The position numbers and the translations under genes were made by a program. DNA of 64,000 bases from an uncultured Actinomycetota bacterium (lineage in GTDB: Bacteria; Actinomycetota; Actinomycetes; Propionibacteriales; Nocardioidaceae), in the NCBI GenBank assembly GCA_963718725.1, contig OY970374.1:2259215-2323214 (forward strand), written 5' to 3'. Positions 50,081-58,483 of the stretch are shown one piece after another; position 1 is the first letter of the stretch, and each line of letters opens with the position of its first letter. A model generated the notes under the pieces. The model made no database searches. It saw nothing but the letters and a program-made list of their open reading frames with translations, and was not told the DNA's origin.

Positions 50081-50748
50081 GACGGGACCTCTGGGGTCGG
50101 GAACAGGAACCGGACCAGCCCGACGGCGACCGCGCCGCCGGCGAGCTGCATCAGCACGAACATCGGGGCCGCCGACGGCGCGATCCCCGCGAACGTGTCG
50201 GAGAGCGTGCGCGCGACCGTGACGGCCGGGTTGGCGAAGCTCGTCGAGCTGGTGAACCAGTAGGCCGCGGCGATGTAGCCGCCGACCGCGAGCGCGACGG
50301 TCTCAGGGCGGTCCGAGCGCAGCGACCCGAAGACCACGACCACGAGGCCGAGCGTCGCGACCGCCTCGGCCAGCCAGAGCCCGCCGCCCGTGCGCTCGGT
50401 GGTGGCCAGGGTCACCGCGTCCAGCCCGAACATCAGGTTCGCGAGCACCGCGCCGGCCACGCCGCCGACGAGCTGGGCCGCGACGAGGGCCGCCGCCTCG
50501 CGGGCCGGAACGAGCCGGAGCGCGGCCTCGACCAGGGTGACGACCGGGTTGAACGACGCCGACACGGGTCGCAGTGCCAGGATCAGGGCGACCAGCGCGG
50601 CACCGGTGGCGACGCTGTTCTGCAACAGCTGGAGTCCGACATCTCCCGGGGAGAGCCGGGCGGCCATGATGCCCGAGCCGATGACGGCCGCCACGAGGAA
50701 CGCGGTGCCGAGGGCCTCGGCCGCGGCCCGGCGTACGACTGCGGTCAC
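50077..50748 (-). CDS. MIP-family channel (aquaglyceroporin, AqpS/GlpF-like)
   Basis: ORF 50077..51060 is trimmed to the GTG at 50748 (GTGA overlap with arsR). It has two NPx boxes (SFNPVVT, FANPAVT) and six hydrophobic segments. Confidence 0.8.
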   Translation of the reverse strand: MTAVVRRAAAEALGTAFLVAAVIGSGIMAARLSPGDVGLQLLQNSVATGAALVALILALRPVSASFNPVVTLVEAALRLVPAREAAALVAAQLVGGVAGAVLANLMFGLDAVTLATTERTGGGLWLAEAVATLGLVVVVFGSLRSDRPETVALAVGGYIAAAYWFTSSTSFANPAVTVARTLSDTFAGIAPSAAPMFVLMQLAGGAVAVGLVRFLFPTPEVPS

Positions 50749-51101
50749 CGGCCGGCGCTCGCGACGAGGGCGCCGAGGTCGGCCAGCACCTGGTCCTGGA
50801 CCCGGTAGAACACCCACACGCCACGCTTCTCGCGGTGCAGCAGCCCGGCCTCGTGCAGCACCTTGAGGTGGTGGCTGACCGTCGGCTGCGAGAGGTCGAG
50901 CGCGTGGTTGAGGTCGCACACGCACGCCTCGCCGCCCTCGTGGGAGGCGACCAGCGACAGCAGCCGGAGCCGCGCCGGATCGGCGAGGGCCTTGAGCATC
51001 GGCACCACCCCCGCCGCCGCGAGCGCGGACAGCGGCTCGCCTCGCAGCGGGGTGCAGCACGCGACCGCGTCGATCGGCGCCAGCATCGCGGACTTCGACA
51101 T
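50745..51101 (-). CDS. arsR: ArsR-family arsenic-responsive repressor
   Basis: This is the C-terminal 118 aa of ORF 50745..51851, from the ATG at 51101. It has C15-C16 (AVACCTP), the EACVCDL motif, and QPTVSHHLKVLHEAGL. Confidence 0.85.
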   Translation of the reverse strand: MSKSAMLAPIDAVACCTPLRGEPLSALAAAGVVPMLKALADPARLRLLSLVASHEGGEACVCDLNHALDLSQPTVSHHLKVLHEAGLLHREKRGVWVFYRVQDQVLADLGALVASAGR

Positions 51102-51126
51102 GCCTCGATATTGACGCCTGTCGATG

Positions 51127-51138
51127 TGTTGCGCAACA
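51127..51138. promoter_or_regulatory. 12-bp perfect palindrome TGTTGCGCAACA plus two TCGAT repeats in the arsR/methyltransferase divergent promoter
   Basis: The palindrome is at 51127-51138. TCGATA lies at 51105-51110 and TCGATG at 51121-51126. All lie within 40 nt of the arsR ATG (51101). Confidence 0.35.
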
Positions 51139-51237
51139 ACGCGGACCCGCTGACGCTCACCACCGGAGGTCGAGGTGCGAGGGCGCCCCGCGCCGAGCCC
51201 ACGAAACCTCGGGACCGTCCGGGCTACCGTGGCCGCC

Positions 51238-52008
51238 ATGGGCTTCGAGGTCTCGGCCGACGCGTACGACCGGTTCATGGGCCGGTTCAGCACCCCGCTC
51301 GCGGCACAGTTCGTCGTCGAGGCCGGGATCTCGGCCGCGATGCGGGTGCTGGACGTCGGGAGCGGGCCAGGGGCCCTGACGGGCGCGCTGGCCGCGACCG
51401 TCGGCGTCGACCATGTCGTCGCCGTCGACCCGATGCCGGTCTTCGTGGAGACCCTGCAGCAACGGCACCCCGGGGTGGCGGCCCAGGTCTCAGCGGCCGA
51501 GGCGCTCCCGTTCGCCGACGGCGACTTCGACGCGGCGTTGGCGGCGCTGGTGGTGCCGTTCATGGCCGACCCGGTCGCGGGGCTCCGCGAGATGGCCCGC
51601 GTGACGCGCCCGCGCGGGGTCGTCGCCGCGACCGTGTGGCAGCACGCCGCCGGCACCAGCCCGCTCTCGCCGTTCTGGGACGGCGTCCGCGACGTCGACC
51701 CCGGCGCGGTCAACGAGTCCGTGGCCGCAGGCACCCGCGAGGGACATCTCGCCGAGCTCTTCACCGAGGCCGGCCTCCCCGACCCGCGCACCACCGAGCT
51801 GACGGTCACGATCGAGTTCGGCCGGTTCGAGGACTGGTGGGAGCCGTTCACCTACGGCGTGGGGCCGGCCGGCGGCTACGTGGCGGGCCAGTCGCCGGAG
51901 CGGGTGGCCGCGGTGCGTGAGGCGTGCGCGGCCAGGCTCGGCCCGGAGCCGTTCTCGGTGTCCGGCAGCGCGTGGTGCGCCGTGAGTCGGGGGCCGCGGA
52001 TCGGCTAG
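51238..52008 (+). CDS. Class I SAM-dependent methyltransferase (Methyltransf_11-like)
   Basis: ORF 51175..52008 is trimmed to the ATG at 51238. Motifs are VLDVGSGPGALTGAL and FDAALAALVVPFM. Confidence 0.75.
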   Translation: MGFEVSADAYDRFMGRFSTPLAAQFVVEAGISAAMRVLDVGSGPGALTGALAATVGVDHVVAVDPMPVFVETLQQRHPGVAAQVSAAEALPFADGDFDAALAALVVPFMADPVAGLREMARVTRPRGVVAATVWQHAAGTSPLSPFWDGVRDVDPGAVNESVAAGTREGHLAELFTEAGLPDPRTTELTVTIEFGRFEDWWEPFTYGVGPAGGYVAGQSPERVAAVREACAARLGPEPFSVSGSAWCAVSRGPRIG

Positions 52009-52064
52009 TCCACGGCCGAACGGCCCTCACGGCGGTCTCCGAGGGGCCGTTCGGCCGTGGACTA
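52006..52064. terminator. Perfect 21-bp inverted repeat (17-nt loop) between convergent genes; likely bidirectional terminator
   Basis: TAGTCCACGGCCGAACGGCCC lies at 52006-52026 and GGGCCGTTCGGCCGTGGACTA at 52044-52064. The outermost triplets are the TAG stop codons of the two flanking genes. There is no U-tract. Confidence 0.55.
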
Positions 52065-52667
52065 CCGACCCGGGCGGACCGTCTCCAGCACCCGGAACCC
52101 CTTGGCGCTCGCGAGCCGGGTCGTGGGCCAGCCCCGGTCGGTCAGCCACCGCTGCAGGGAGTCGGCGCCGAGGTGCTTCCCGACCACCATCACCGCTCGG
52201 CCCTCCGGTCGCAGCCGCGGCAGCCACGCGAGCAGGAGGTCGTGCAGTGCGTCCTTGCCGATCCGGATCGGCGGGTTCGACCAGATCTCGTCGTACGTCG
52301 CGTCGGTGGGAACCTGCTCGGGTGTGCAGGCGACGAACCGACCCTCGACGCCGAGGGCCCGAGCGTTCTCGTTGGCGAGCAGCAGCGCCCGCTGGTTGAC
52401 GTCCGTGGCGGTCACGTTGGCCAGCGGCACGGCGGTCGCGATGGCCAGCCCGATCACCCCGTAGCCACACCCGAGGTCGAGGAACTGACCCTGCGGCGGC
52501 GGCTCGGTCTCACGGAACAGCACCGCCGTCGCGTGGTCGAGATGTCCCTTGCTGAAGACTCCGGCCCCGCTGGTCAGCCGCAGCGTGTGACCCCACACCT
52601 CGCACTCGAAGGCGTCGCGCGCGAACGCCACCGACGGGTCGGCCGAGAAGTAGTGGTCGTCGCTCAC
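52062..52667 (-). CDS. Class I SAM-dependent methyltransferase (RsmC/MTS small-domain type)
   Basis: ORF 52062..53492 is trimmed to the GTG at 52667 (GTGA overlap with truA). Motifs are [14 protein letters not shown] and [11 protein letters not shown]. Confidence 0.75.
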   Translation of the reverse strand: MSDDHYFSADPSVAFARDAFECEVWGHTLRLTSGAGVFSKGHLDHATAVLFRETEPPPQGQFLDLGCGYGVIGLAIATAVPLANVTATDVNQRALLLANENARALGVEGRFVACTPEQVPTDATYDEIWSNPPIRIGKDALHDLLLAWLPRLRPEGRAVMVVGKHLGADSLQRWLTDRGWPTTRLASAKGFRVLETVRPGR

Positions 52668-53464
52668 GGCACCTCCCGCCTCGCGCGCGACAGGTCCGCC
52701 CGCGCCGCCAGCCCGGCGTCGTCGGGGTAGCCGACCTCCTCGAGCGTCAGGCCGTGCGCCGCGACCACGGCCACCGACGGGTCGCGCACGGCCGCGCCGA
52801 GGATCTCGGCCGGCCACGTCACCGGACGCCGCCCGTCTCCCACGGCGAGCAGGCAGCCGACCAGTGAGCGGACCATGTGGTGGCAGAACGCGTCCGCGCG
52901 GACGGTGGCCACGACGAGTCCGCCGGCGTCCCGCGCCCACCCGAGGTCGAGCAGGGTGCGGACCGTGGTCGCCCCCTCGCGCTGCTTGCAGAACGCGGCG
53001 AAGTCGCGCAGTCCGACGAGCGGCGCCGACGCCGCCGCCATCGCCTCGACGTCCAGCGGGCGCGGCCACGACAGCACGTGACCGCGGGTGAGCGGGTCGG
53101 CGAGCGCGGGACCGTCGGCCACCCGGTAGGCGTAGCGCCGCCACGCCGCCGAGAACCGCGCGTCGAAGCCCGCGGCGGCCACCCCCGCCGCCGTCACCCG
53201 GACGTCCGCCGGGAGGATCCCGTTGAGCCGCCGCAGCAGCTTCTCGTCGTACGTCGACCCCTCGGGGAGGTCGAGATGGACCACCTGGCCGCGCGCGTGG
53301 ACGCCGGTGTCGGTGCGTCCCGCGCACACCAGCGTGACCGCCGGCACCCGCAGCACGGTCGCCAGCGCGGCCTCCAGCGTCCCCTGCACGGTGCGCAACC
53401 CCGGCTGGGCCGCCCAGCCGTGGAAGTCGGTCCCGTCGTAGGACAGGTCGATCCGCAGTCGCAC
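52664..53464 (-). CDS. truA: tRNA pseudouridine(38-40) synthase
   Basis: ORF track, 266 aa, GTG start. Motifs are [17 protein letters not shown] and [11 protein letters not shown]. Confidence 0.9.
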   Translation of the reverse strand: MRLRIDLSYDGTDFHGWAAQPGLRTVQGTLEAALATVLRVPAVTLVCAGRTDTGVHARGQVVHLDLPEGSTYDEKLLRRLNGILPADVRVTAAGVAAAGFDARFSAAWRRYAYRVADGPALADPLTRGHVLSWPRPLDVEAMAAASAPLVGLRDFAAFCKQREGATTVRTLLDLGWARDAGGLVVATVRADAFCHHMVRSLVGCLLAVGDGRRPVTWPAEILGAAVRDPSVAVVAAHGLTLEEVGYPDDAGLAARADLSRARREVP

Positions 53465-53475
53465 GGTCGCTCATC

Positions 53476-53766
53476 CTAGGGTCGACCGCCATCGGTCATG
53501 CTGGGCTCCTGCTCGGAGCCGCGCCCCACTGTGACTGGGTGCCGCCCGACGTCGCCCGCGACGAGCGCGGTTTCGTTCTCACCGGCCGCGACGTCCCCAC
53601 CGAGGAGTGGCAGGACGGACTGCCGCCGCCCAGCCTCGCCACCACGGTGCCGGGCGTGTTCGCCGTCGGCGACGTCCGGGCGGGCTCGATGAAGCGGGTG
53701 GCCGCCGCCAGCGGTGAGGGCGCCAGCGTGGTGCCGCTGGTCCACACCTGGCTGGCTCCCGCCTGA
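53476..53766 (+). pseudogene. C-terminal relic of a thioredoxin-reductase-like FAD-dependent oxidoreductase
   Basis: ORF 53539..53766 plus in-frame upstream codons reads ...GAAPHCDWVPPDVARDERGFVLTGRDV...TTVPGVFAVGDVRAGSMKRVAAASGEGASVVPLVH. Only the last 90 aa or so of a protein of at least 300 aa are present. There is no N-terminal FAD/NAD domain. Confidence 0.55.
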
Positions 53767-53772
53767 CTGTGT

Positions 53773-53835
53773 TCAACCAGAGGGTTGACAACGACCGGAT
53801 CGCCTCGTACGGTTCTATTCAACCGATGAGTTGAA
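53773..53835. promoter_or_regulatory. Two inverted repeats sharing TCAAC/GTTGA half-sites upstream of the ArsR-SRPBCC operon
   Basis: TCAACC-agag-GGTTGA lies at 53773-53788 and TTCAAC-cgatga-GTTGAA at 53818-53835. The second ends 12 nt before the ATG at 53848. Confidence 0.4.
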
Positions 53836-53847
53836 CGAAGGATCGAG

Positions 53848-54210
53848 ATGTCCGACCCGCTCTCCCGCGTCTTCGCCGCCCTCGCCGACCCGACCCGGCG
53901 CGACATCGTCGCCCGGCTCACCGAGCAGGACGCGACCGTGGGTGAGATCGCGGCGCCGTACGACGTGAGCCTCCAGGCCGTCTCCAAGCACCTCAAGGTG
54001 CTGGAGGAGGCCGGCCTCGTCACCCGGAGCCGCGATGCCCAGCGCCGGCCGGTGCACCTCGAAGCGGAGGTGTTCGACCTGATGACGAAGTGGATCGAGC
54101 GCTACCGCCGGCAGGCGGAGGAGCGCTACCGACGCCTGGACGCCGTCCTGGCCGAGCTGGACGACAACGAGAACGAGCACGACCGACCCCAGGAGGGAAC
54201 CGCATCATGA
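53848..54210 (+). CDS. ArsR/SmtB-family transcriptional regulator (non-metal type, SRPBCC-paired)
   Basis: ORF track, 120 aa. Motifs are FAALADPTRRDIVARL and SLQAVSKHLKVLEEAGLV. It has no Cys. Confidence 0.8.
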   Translation: MSDPLSRVFAALADPTRRDIVARLTEQDATVGEIAAPYDVSLQAVSKHLKVLEEAGLVTRSRDAQRRPVHLEAEVFDLMTKWIERYRRQAEERYRRLDAVLAELDDNENEHDRPQEGTAS

Positions 54211-54710
54211 GCCAGACCACGCACCCCACCACCCGGTACGCCGAGGCCGCCATCGAGGCCGTCCCCGACCTGCCGATCGTCCGCATCACCCGCGACTTCC
54301 GCGCCAGCGTGGAGCAGCTGATGCGCGCCCACACCGACCCCGAGCTCTTCGTGCGCTGGATCGGCCCGGACGCCGTCACGGCCCGGATCGACCAGTGGGA
54401 CTGCCGCACCCTCGGCTCCTACCGCTACGTCTGCGAGCACGACGGCGCCGAGCACGGCTTCCGGGGGACCTTCCCCGAGGTCGGCGACGACCGGATCGTC
54501 CAGACGTTCACGTGGGAGGGCATGCCCGAGGCGATCGCGCTGGAGACGATGTGGTTCGAGGACCTCGGCGACGGCACCACCCGGCTGCACGCGCAGTCGC
54601 TGTGCGACTCGATCGAGGGTCGGGACGGCATGCTGAGCAGCGGCATGGACACCGGCGTCCACGAGGGCTACGCGAAGCTCGACGCCCTGCTCGCCGACGG
54701 CGCGATCTGA
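54207..54710 (+). CDS. SRPBCC (AHSA1/START-like) family protein
   Basis: ORF 54090..54710 is trimmed to the ATG at 54207 (ATGA overlap). The sequence reads ITRDFRASVEQLMRAHTDPELFVRWIGP... Confidence 0.8.
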   Translation: MSQTTHPTTRYAEAAIEAVPDLPIVRITRDFRASVEQLMRAHTDPELFVRWIGPDAVTARIDQWDCRTLGSYRYVCEHDGAEHGFRGTFPEVGDDRIVQTFTWEGMPEAIALETMWFEDLGDGTTRLHAQSLCDSIEGRDGMLSSGMDTGVHEGYAKLDALLADGAI

Positions 54711-54720
54711 GGACGGGACA

Positions 54721-55302
54721 GTGACCCGGTCCGACGCTGCCGACCGTCACCGCCGGTACGCCGGCGCCTTCACCGACCTGGTGCGGGGCGCCGGCGACTG
54801 GGACGCGCCGGCGCCCGTGGCGGGGTGGCGCGCCCGCGACGTGGTCGACCACCTGGTCACCTGGCTCCCGGGCTTCCTGGCCGGCGACGGCGTCGAGCTG
54901 CCGCGGGGGCCGTCGGCCGCGGCCGACCCGGTGGCGGCGTGGGAGCACCATGCCGGGGCCGTGCAGACGATCCTCGACGACCCCGCCACCGCCGACCGGA
55001 CGTTCGCCAACCGCCACGTCGGCGACCTGCCCCTCGCCGACGCGATCGACCGGTTCTACACGACGGACGTGTTCATGCACACGTGGGACCTCGCCCGAGC
55101 TACCGGCCAGCCTGCCGGGCTCGACGAGGCCGAGTGTGCCGCGCTGCTCGCCGGGATGGAGCCGATGGACGAGCTGTTGCGGTCCTCGGGCCAGTACGGA
55201 CCGCGCGTCGTCGTCCCCGCCGAGGCTCTCGCGGTGGACCGGCTGATGGGGTTCATCGGCCGCGACCCGGCGTGGCAGCCACCGACCCGTTCGTCGGGCT
55301 AG
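54721..55302 (+). CDS. DinB_2/TIGR03086-like metal-binding protein (mycothiol maleylpyruvate isomerase N-domain class)
   Basis: ORF track, 193 aa, GTG start. Motifs are WRARDVVDHLV and DVFMHTWDLARATG. Confidence 0.7.
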   Translation: MTRSDAADRHRRYAGAFTDLVRGAGDWDAPAPVAGWRARDVVDHLVTWLPGFLAGDGVELPRGPSAAADPVAAWEHHAGAVQTILDDPATADRTFANRHVGDLPLADAIDRFYTTDVFMHTWDLARATGQPAGLDEAECAALLAGMEPMDELLRSSGQYGPRVVVPAEALAVDRLMGFIGRDPAWQPPTRSSG

Positions 55303-56222
55303 GCGGAGCTGCCGTCGAGCTCGCGCAGGTACGGCGGGTCGGCACCGGGCCGGCCCACGGTCACCGCCGCCGCTCGCGCGGCGTGGGCCAGCACGTCGAC
55401 AACGGCGTCGCGCGCCACGTCGACGAGCGCCTCGCGTCCACCCGGGCCGAGCAGGTCGCGGGCCCAGAGCGCGTCGAGCATCGCGGCGCAGAACGTGTCC
55501 CCAGCGCCGATCGTGTCCGCGACCACCACCGGCACGCTCGCCACGTCGACCTCCTGCAGCGCACTCACCCAGGTCGCGCCGCCTTGCCCACGGGTCACGA
55601 CCACCGCGGCCGGGCCGAGGGCGAGCAGCCGCTTGGCGCCGGCCAGGGGGTCGACGCCCTCGTAGAGCGCCTCGAGGTCCTCGTCGGACGCCTTCACGAG
55701 GTCGCTGCGCGCCGCCACTGCCTCGACCCGTGCCACGAGCGCCGGGCCGGTGCCCGTGATCGCCGGGCGGACGTTCACGTCGTAGCTGGTCGTGGTGCTG
55801 CCCCGCAGCCGACCCAGCAGGTCGAGGACGTCGTCGGCCCCCGGCGTGATCACGGCGCCCAGCGAGCAGGTGTGCAGGACCAGGGGGTCGTGGGTGTCCG
55901 GGAGCGGGTTCAGCCGCCAGGCCAGGTCGAACTCGTACGACGCGTGCCCGTCGGAGCCGATCGTCGCGATCGCCGTCGAGGTGTGGCCGATGGCGTGCGG
56001 GTCGACCGCGAGGGTGACCCCGTCGCGCTCGAGCCGGTCGGCGAGCATCCGACCGCGGTCGTCGTCGCCCCAGCTCGTCGCGAACTCGACGGGGCGGCCG
56101 AGGCGCGCGAGAGCCACCGCCACGTTGGCAGCACTGCCGCCCGCGAACTCGTTCGTGCTGCCGTCGCCCGCGCGCACGATGTCGACGAGGGACTCCCCCA
56201 CGACGAGAGCGGACTGCGGCAT
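55299..56222 (-). CDS. PfkB-family carbohydrate kinase
   Basis: ORF track, 307 aa. Motifs are FAGGSAANVAVALARLG and DTIGAGDTF. Confidence 0.8.
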   Translation of the reverse strand: MPQSALVVGESLVDIVRAGDGSTNEFAGGSAANVAVALARLGRPVEFATSWGDDDRGRMLADRLERDGVTLAVDPHAIGHTSTAIATIGSDGHASYEFDLAWRLNPLPDTHDPLVLHTCSLGAVITPGADDVLDLLGRLRGSTTTSYDVNVRPAITGTGPALVARVEAVAARSDLVKASDEDLEALYEGVDPLAGAKRLLALGPAAVVVTRGQGGATWVSALQEVDVASVPVVVADTIGAGDTFCAAMLDALWARDLLGPGGREALVDVARDAVVDVLAHAARAAAVTVGRPGADPPYLRELDGSSA

Positions 56223-56275
56223 GGGCCAATGACTATCGCATCGACGACCGCCCTGGCGAGGGTAGTGTCCGCGCC

Positions 56276-56635
56276 ATGCGGATCCACCCGCCCGACCCGT
56301 CGCTCGCGGAGCCGCCCTTCGAGCAGCTGCGCAGCCAGGTCGCGCGACGAGCGGCCACCGGCGACCTGCCCGCCGGCACCAGGCTGCCGACCGTGCGGGC
56401 CCTGGCCAACGAGCTGGGGCTGGCCGCCAACACCGTCGCGCGGGCCTACCGGGAGCTGGAGGCCGACGGCGTGGTGGTCACCGAGGGCCGACGGGGCACG
56501 TTCGTCGCCACCAGCACGGCGGCCGGCTCGGACGAGGCGGCGGCCGCCGCCTCGACGTACGCCGCCACGGCACGGCGCCTCGGCCTCACCCGCGCCGAGG
56601 CGACCCGACTGCTCGCGGGCGCCTGGCCGGTCTGA
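56276..56635 (+). CDS. GntR-family transcriptional regulator (short, YtrA-like)
   Basis: ORF track, 119 aa. It contains LPTVRALANELGLAANTVARAYRELEADGVV. Confidence 0.8.
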   Translation: MRIHPPDPSLAEPPFEQLRSQVARRAATGDLPAGTRLPTVRALANELGLAANTVARAYRELEADGVVVTEGRRGTFVATSTAAGSDEAAAAASTYAATARRLGLTRAEATRLLAGAWPV

Positions 56636-56693
56636 ACCGGGTCCGAGGGCACCGCCGTGGACCGGCACCACCGTGGTCACTCGTGGCGGTGGA

Positions 56694-57188
56694 TCATCCG
56701 CAACCACGGCGACCCTCGACGCCGCCACCGAAGGCGTGGGCCCCGTCGCCGGCGACCTCGCGGAACCAGGCCGCCACCTCCCCGAGCGCGGCAGCGCAGT
56801 CGTCGCGTCGCTGGGCGAGGTCGCCGTGGTACCACAGCAGCTCCACCTGATCGCAACGGCCGCGCGCGGCTCGGAGCCGGCCGTCGGCACCTGCCACCGC
56901 CTGGCTGACCAACCCGAGCAGCTGCTGCTTGACGTCCCCGTCACGCATCGCGAACACCGTCGGCCGGACGGTGCCGGTCCTCGCGGTCAGCCGGCCGAAC
57001 TCCGCCGCGATCGCCGCGGCTCCGTGCTGCCGGCAGGCGGCAACCTCCTCCGACCCGCGCGAGCGCGAGGACCGGTCGAGCACGGCGGCGCCGACGCCGA
57101 GGACGAGGAGCAGGGTGAGGAGTCCCGCCACCCAGCGACGTGACCGCCGCGGTGGTCCGGCGTCGATCACCTCCGCCTCGTCGCTCAC
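56694..57188 (-). CDS. Hypothetical membrane-anchored protein (single TM, 4 Cys)
   Basis: ORF 56694..57737 is trimmed to the in-frame GTG at 57188, where GC3 is high. The TM is WVAGLLTLLLVLGVGAAVL. I recognise no family. Confidence 0.5.
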   Translation of the reverse strand: MSDEAEVIDAGPPRRSRRWVAGLLTLLLVLGVGAAVLDRSSRSRGSEEVAACRQHGAAAIAAEFGRLTARTGTVRPTVFAMRDGDVKQQLLGLVSQAVAGADGRLRAARGRCDQVELLWYHGDLAQRRDDCAAALGEVAAWFREVAGDGAHAFGGGVEGRRGCG

Positions 57189-57233
57189 CTCCCCAGTGTG
57201 CCCCGCGCACCTGACGGGTCGCGCTGGCAGACT

Positions 57234-57770
57234 GTGCGGGTGCCGCTGGGTCCCGGGGTGGAGACGCTGGAGACCGACCGCCTGTTCCTCCGGGATCGCC
57301 GGGAGGACGAGGCCGCGACCTACCGTCGGCTCTGGACCGAGCGTGACCCTCGGGTGCCGCCCCACCGCCGGCTCGACCCCGACGGGAGGCCCACCGTGGC
57401 GGACCTCGCCGCCCAGATCCGCGCCGAGCACGAAGCGCCTCGACCAGGCCTCCTGGCAGTGGAGCGGAAGGACACGGGCGACGTCATCGGCTACTGCGGG
57501 CTGGTCTGGCACGGGAACGGATCGCCCGACGAGCCCGAGCTCGCCTTCGAGCTGCTGCGGGCGGTGCACGGCCGCGGCTACGCCACGGAGGCGGGTCACG
57601 CCGTCGTTGCGTGGGCAGCCGACACGGGTTCTCCGCGGCTGTGGGCGACGGTCCGCGACTGGAACGACGCGTCTCAGCGGGTCCTCGAGAAGCTCGGCTT
57701 CCGGCAGACGGGCCACGTGGAGCCGGACCCCGTCCACGGCGACAGCCTGCTGATGGTCCGGGAGCCCTGA
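57234..57770 (+). CDS. GNAT family N-acetyltransferase (RimJ/RimL-like)
   Basis: ORF 57198..57770; the GTG at 57234 is preferred. Motifs are LETDRLFLR and ELAFELLRAVHGRGYATEA. Confidence 0.7.
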   Translation: MRVPLGPGVETLETDRLFLRDRREDEAATYRRLWTERDPRVPPHRRLDPDGRPTVADLAAQIRAEHEAPRPGLLAVERKDTGDVIGYCGLVWHGNGSPDEPELAFELLRAVHGRGYATEAGHAVVAWAADTGSPRLWATVRDWNDASQRVLEKLGFRQTGHVEPDPVHGDSLLMVREP

Positions 57771-57852
57771 CCGAGCCGAGCGCCCGCCCCCATCGGACGA
57801 CGACGGCCCGCCACCCAGGCGGGTGGCGGGCCGTCGTGCGTCGGTCGCGGGG

Positions 57853-58434
57853 TCAGGCGTCCTTGGACTCCTCGGCGGACTCCTCAGCGGGAGCCTCGTC
57901 GGTGTCCTCGGCGGCAGCCTCGTCGGCCGGAGCCTCCGTGGTCTCCTCGACCTCGTCGGTCGTCTCGACCGGAGCCTCCTCGGCGGGGGTGTCCTCGACC
58001 GGAGCGTCCTCGACCGGGGCGGGTGCCGCGGCCTTCGCGGTGCTCTTCTTCTTGGTCGTCGCCGGCTTGGGCGCGTAGGGCTCGGTCACGAGCTCGATGA
58101 CCGCCATCGGGGCGTTGTCGCCCTTGCGCGGACCGATCTTCGTGATCCGGGTGTAACCGCCCGGCCGCTCGGAGAACGACGGCGCGATCTCGGTGAAGAG
58201 GGTGTGCACGACGGACTTGTCGCGCACCGTCCGCAGCACCAGGCGACGGCTGTGCAGGTCGCCCCGCTTCGCCTTGGTGATCAGCTTCTCCGCGAGCGGG
58301 CGCAGCGTGCGCGCCCGAGTCTCGGTGGTCGTGATCTTGCCGTGCTCGAAGAGCTGGGTCGCCAGGTTCGACAACATCAGCCGCTGGTGGGCCGGGCTAC
58401 CGCCGAGGCGGGCACCCTTCTTGGGAGTAGGCAT
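57853..58434 (-). CDS. rplQ: 50S ribosomal protein L17 with acidic Ala/Glu/Pro-rich C-terminal tail
   Basis: ORF track, 193 aa. The core is [37 protein letters not shown]. The tail is [26 protein letters not shown]... Confidence 0.9.
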   Translation of the reverse strand: MPTPKKGARLGGSPAHQRLMLSNLATQLFEHGKITTTETRARTLRPLAEKLITKAKRGDLHSRRLVLRTVRDKSVVHTLFTEIAPSFSERPGGYTRITKIGPRKGDNAPMAVIELVTEPYAPKPATTKKKSTAKAAAPAPVEDAPVEDTPAEEAPVETTDEVEETTEAPADEAAAEDTDEAPAEESAEESKDA

Positions 58435-58483
58435 GCGTCTTCTCGATTCTCCCCGGCCGTGTCAGGTACCGGAGTAGAGGGGA

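Noticed and set aside
51238-52008. The methyltransferase divergent from arsR as a possible arsenite methyltransferase (ArsM).
   Set aside because: It lacks the conserved cysteine set needed for As(III) binding in ArsM. It has only two Cys, both at the extreme C-terminus. It looks like a generic Methyltransf_11 enzyme.
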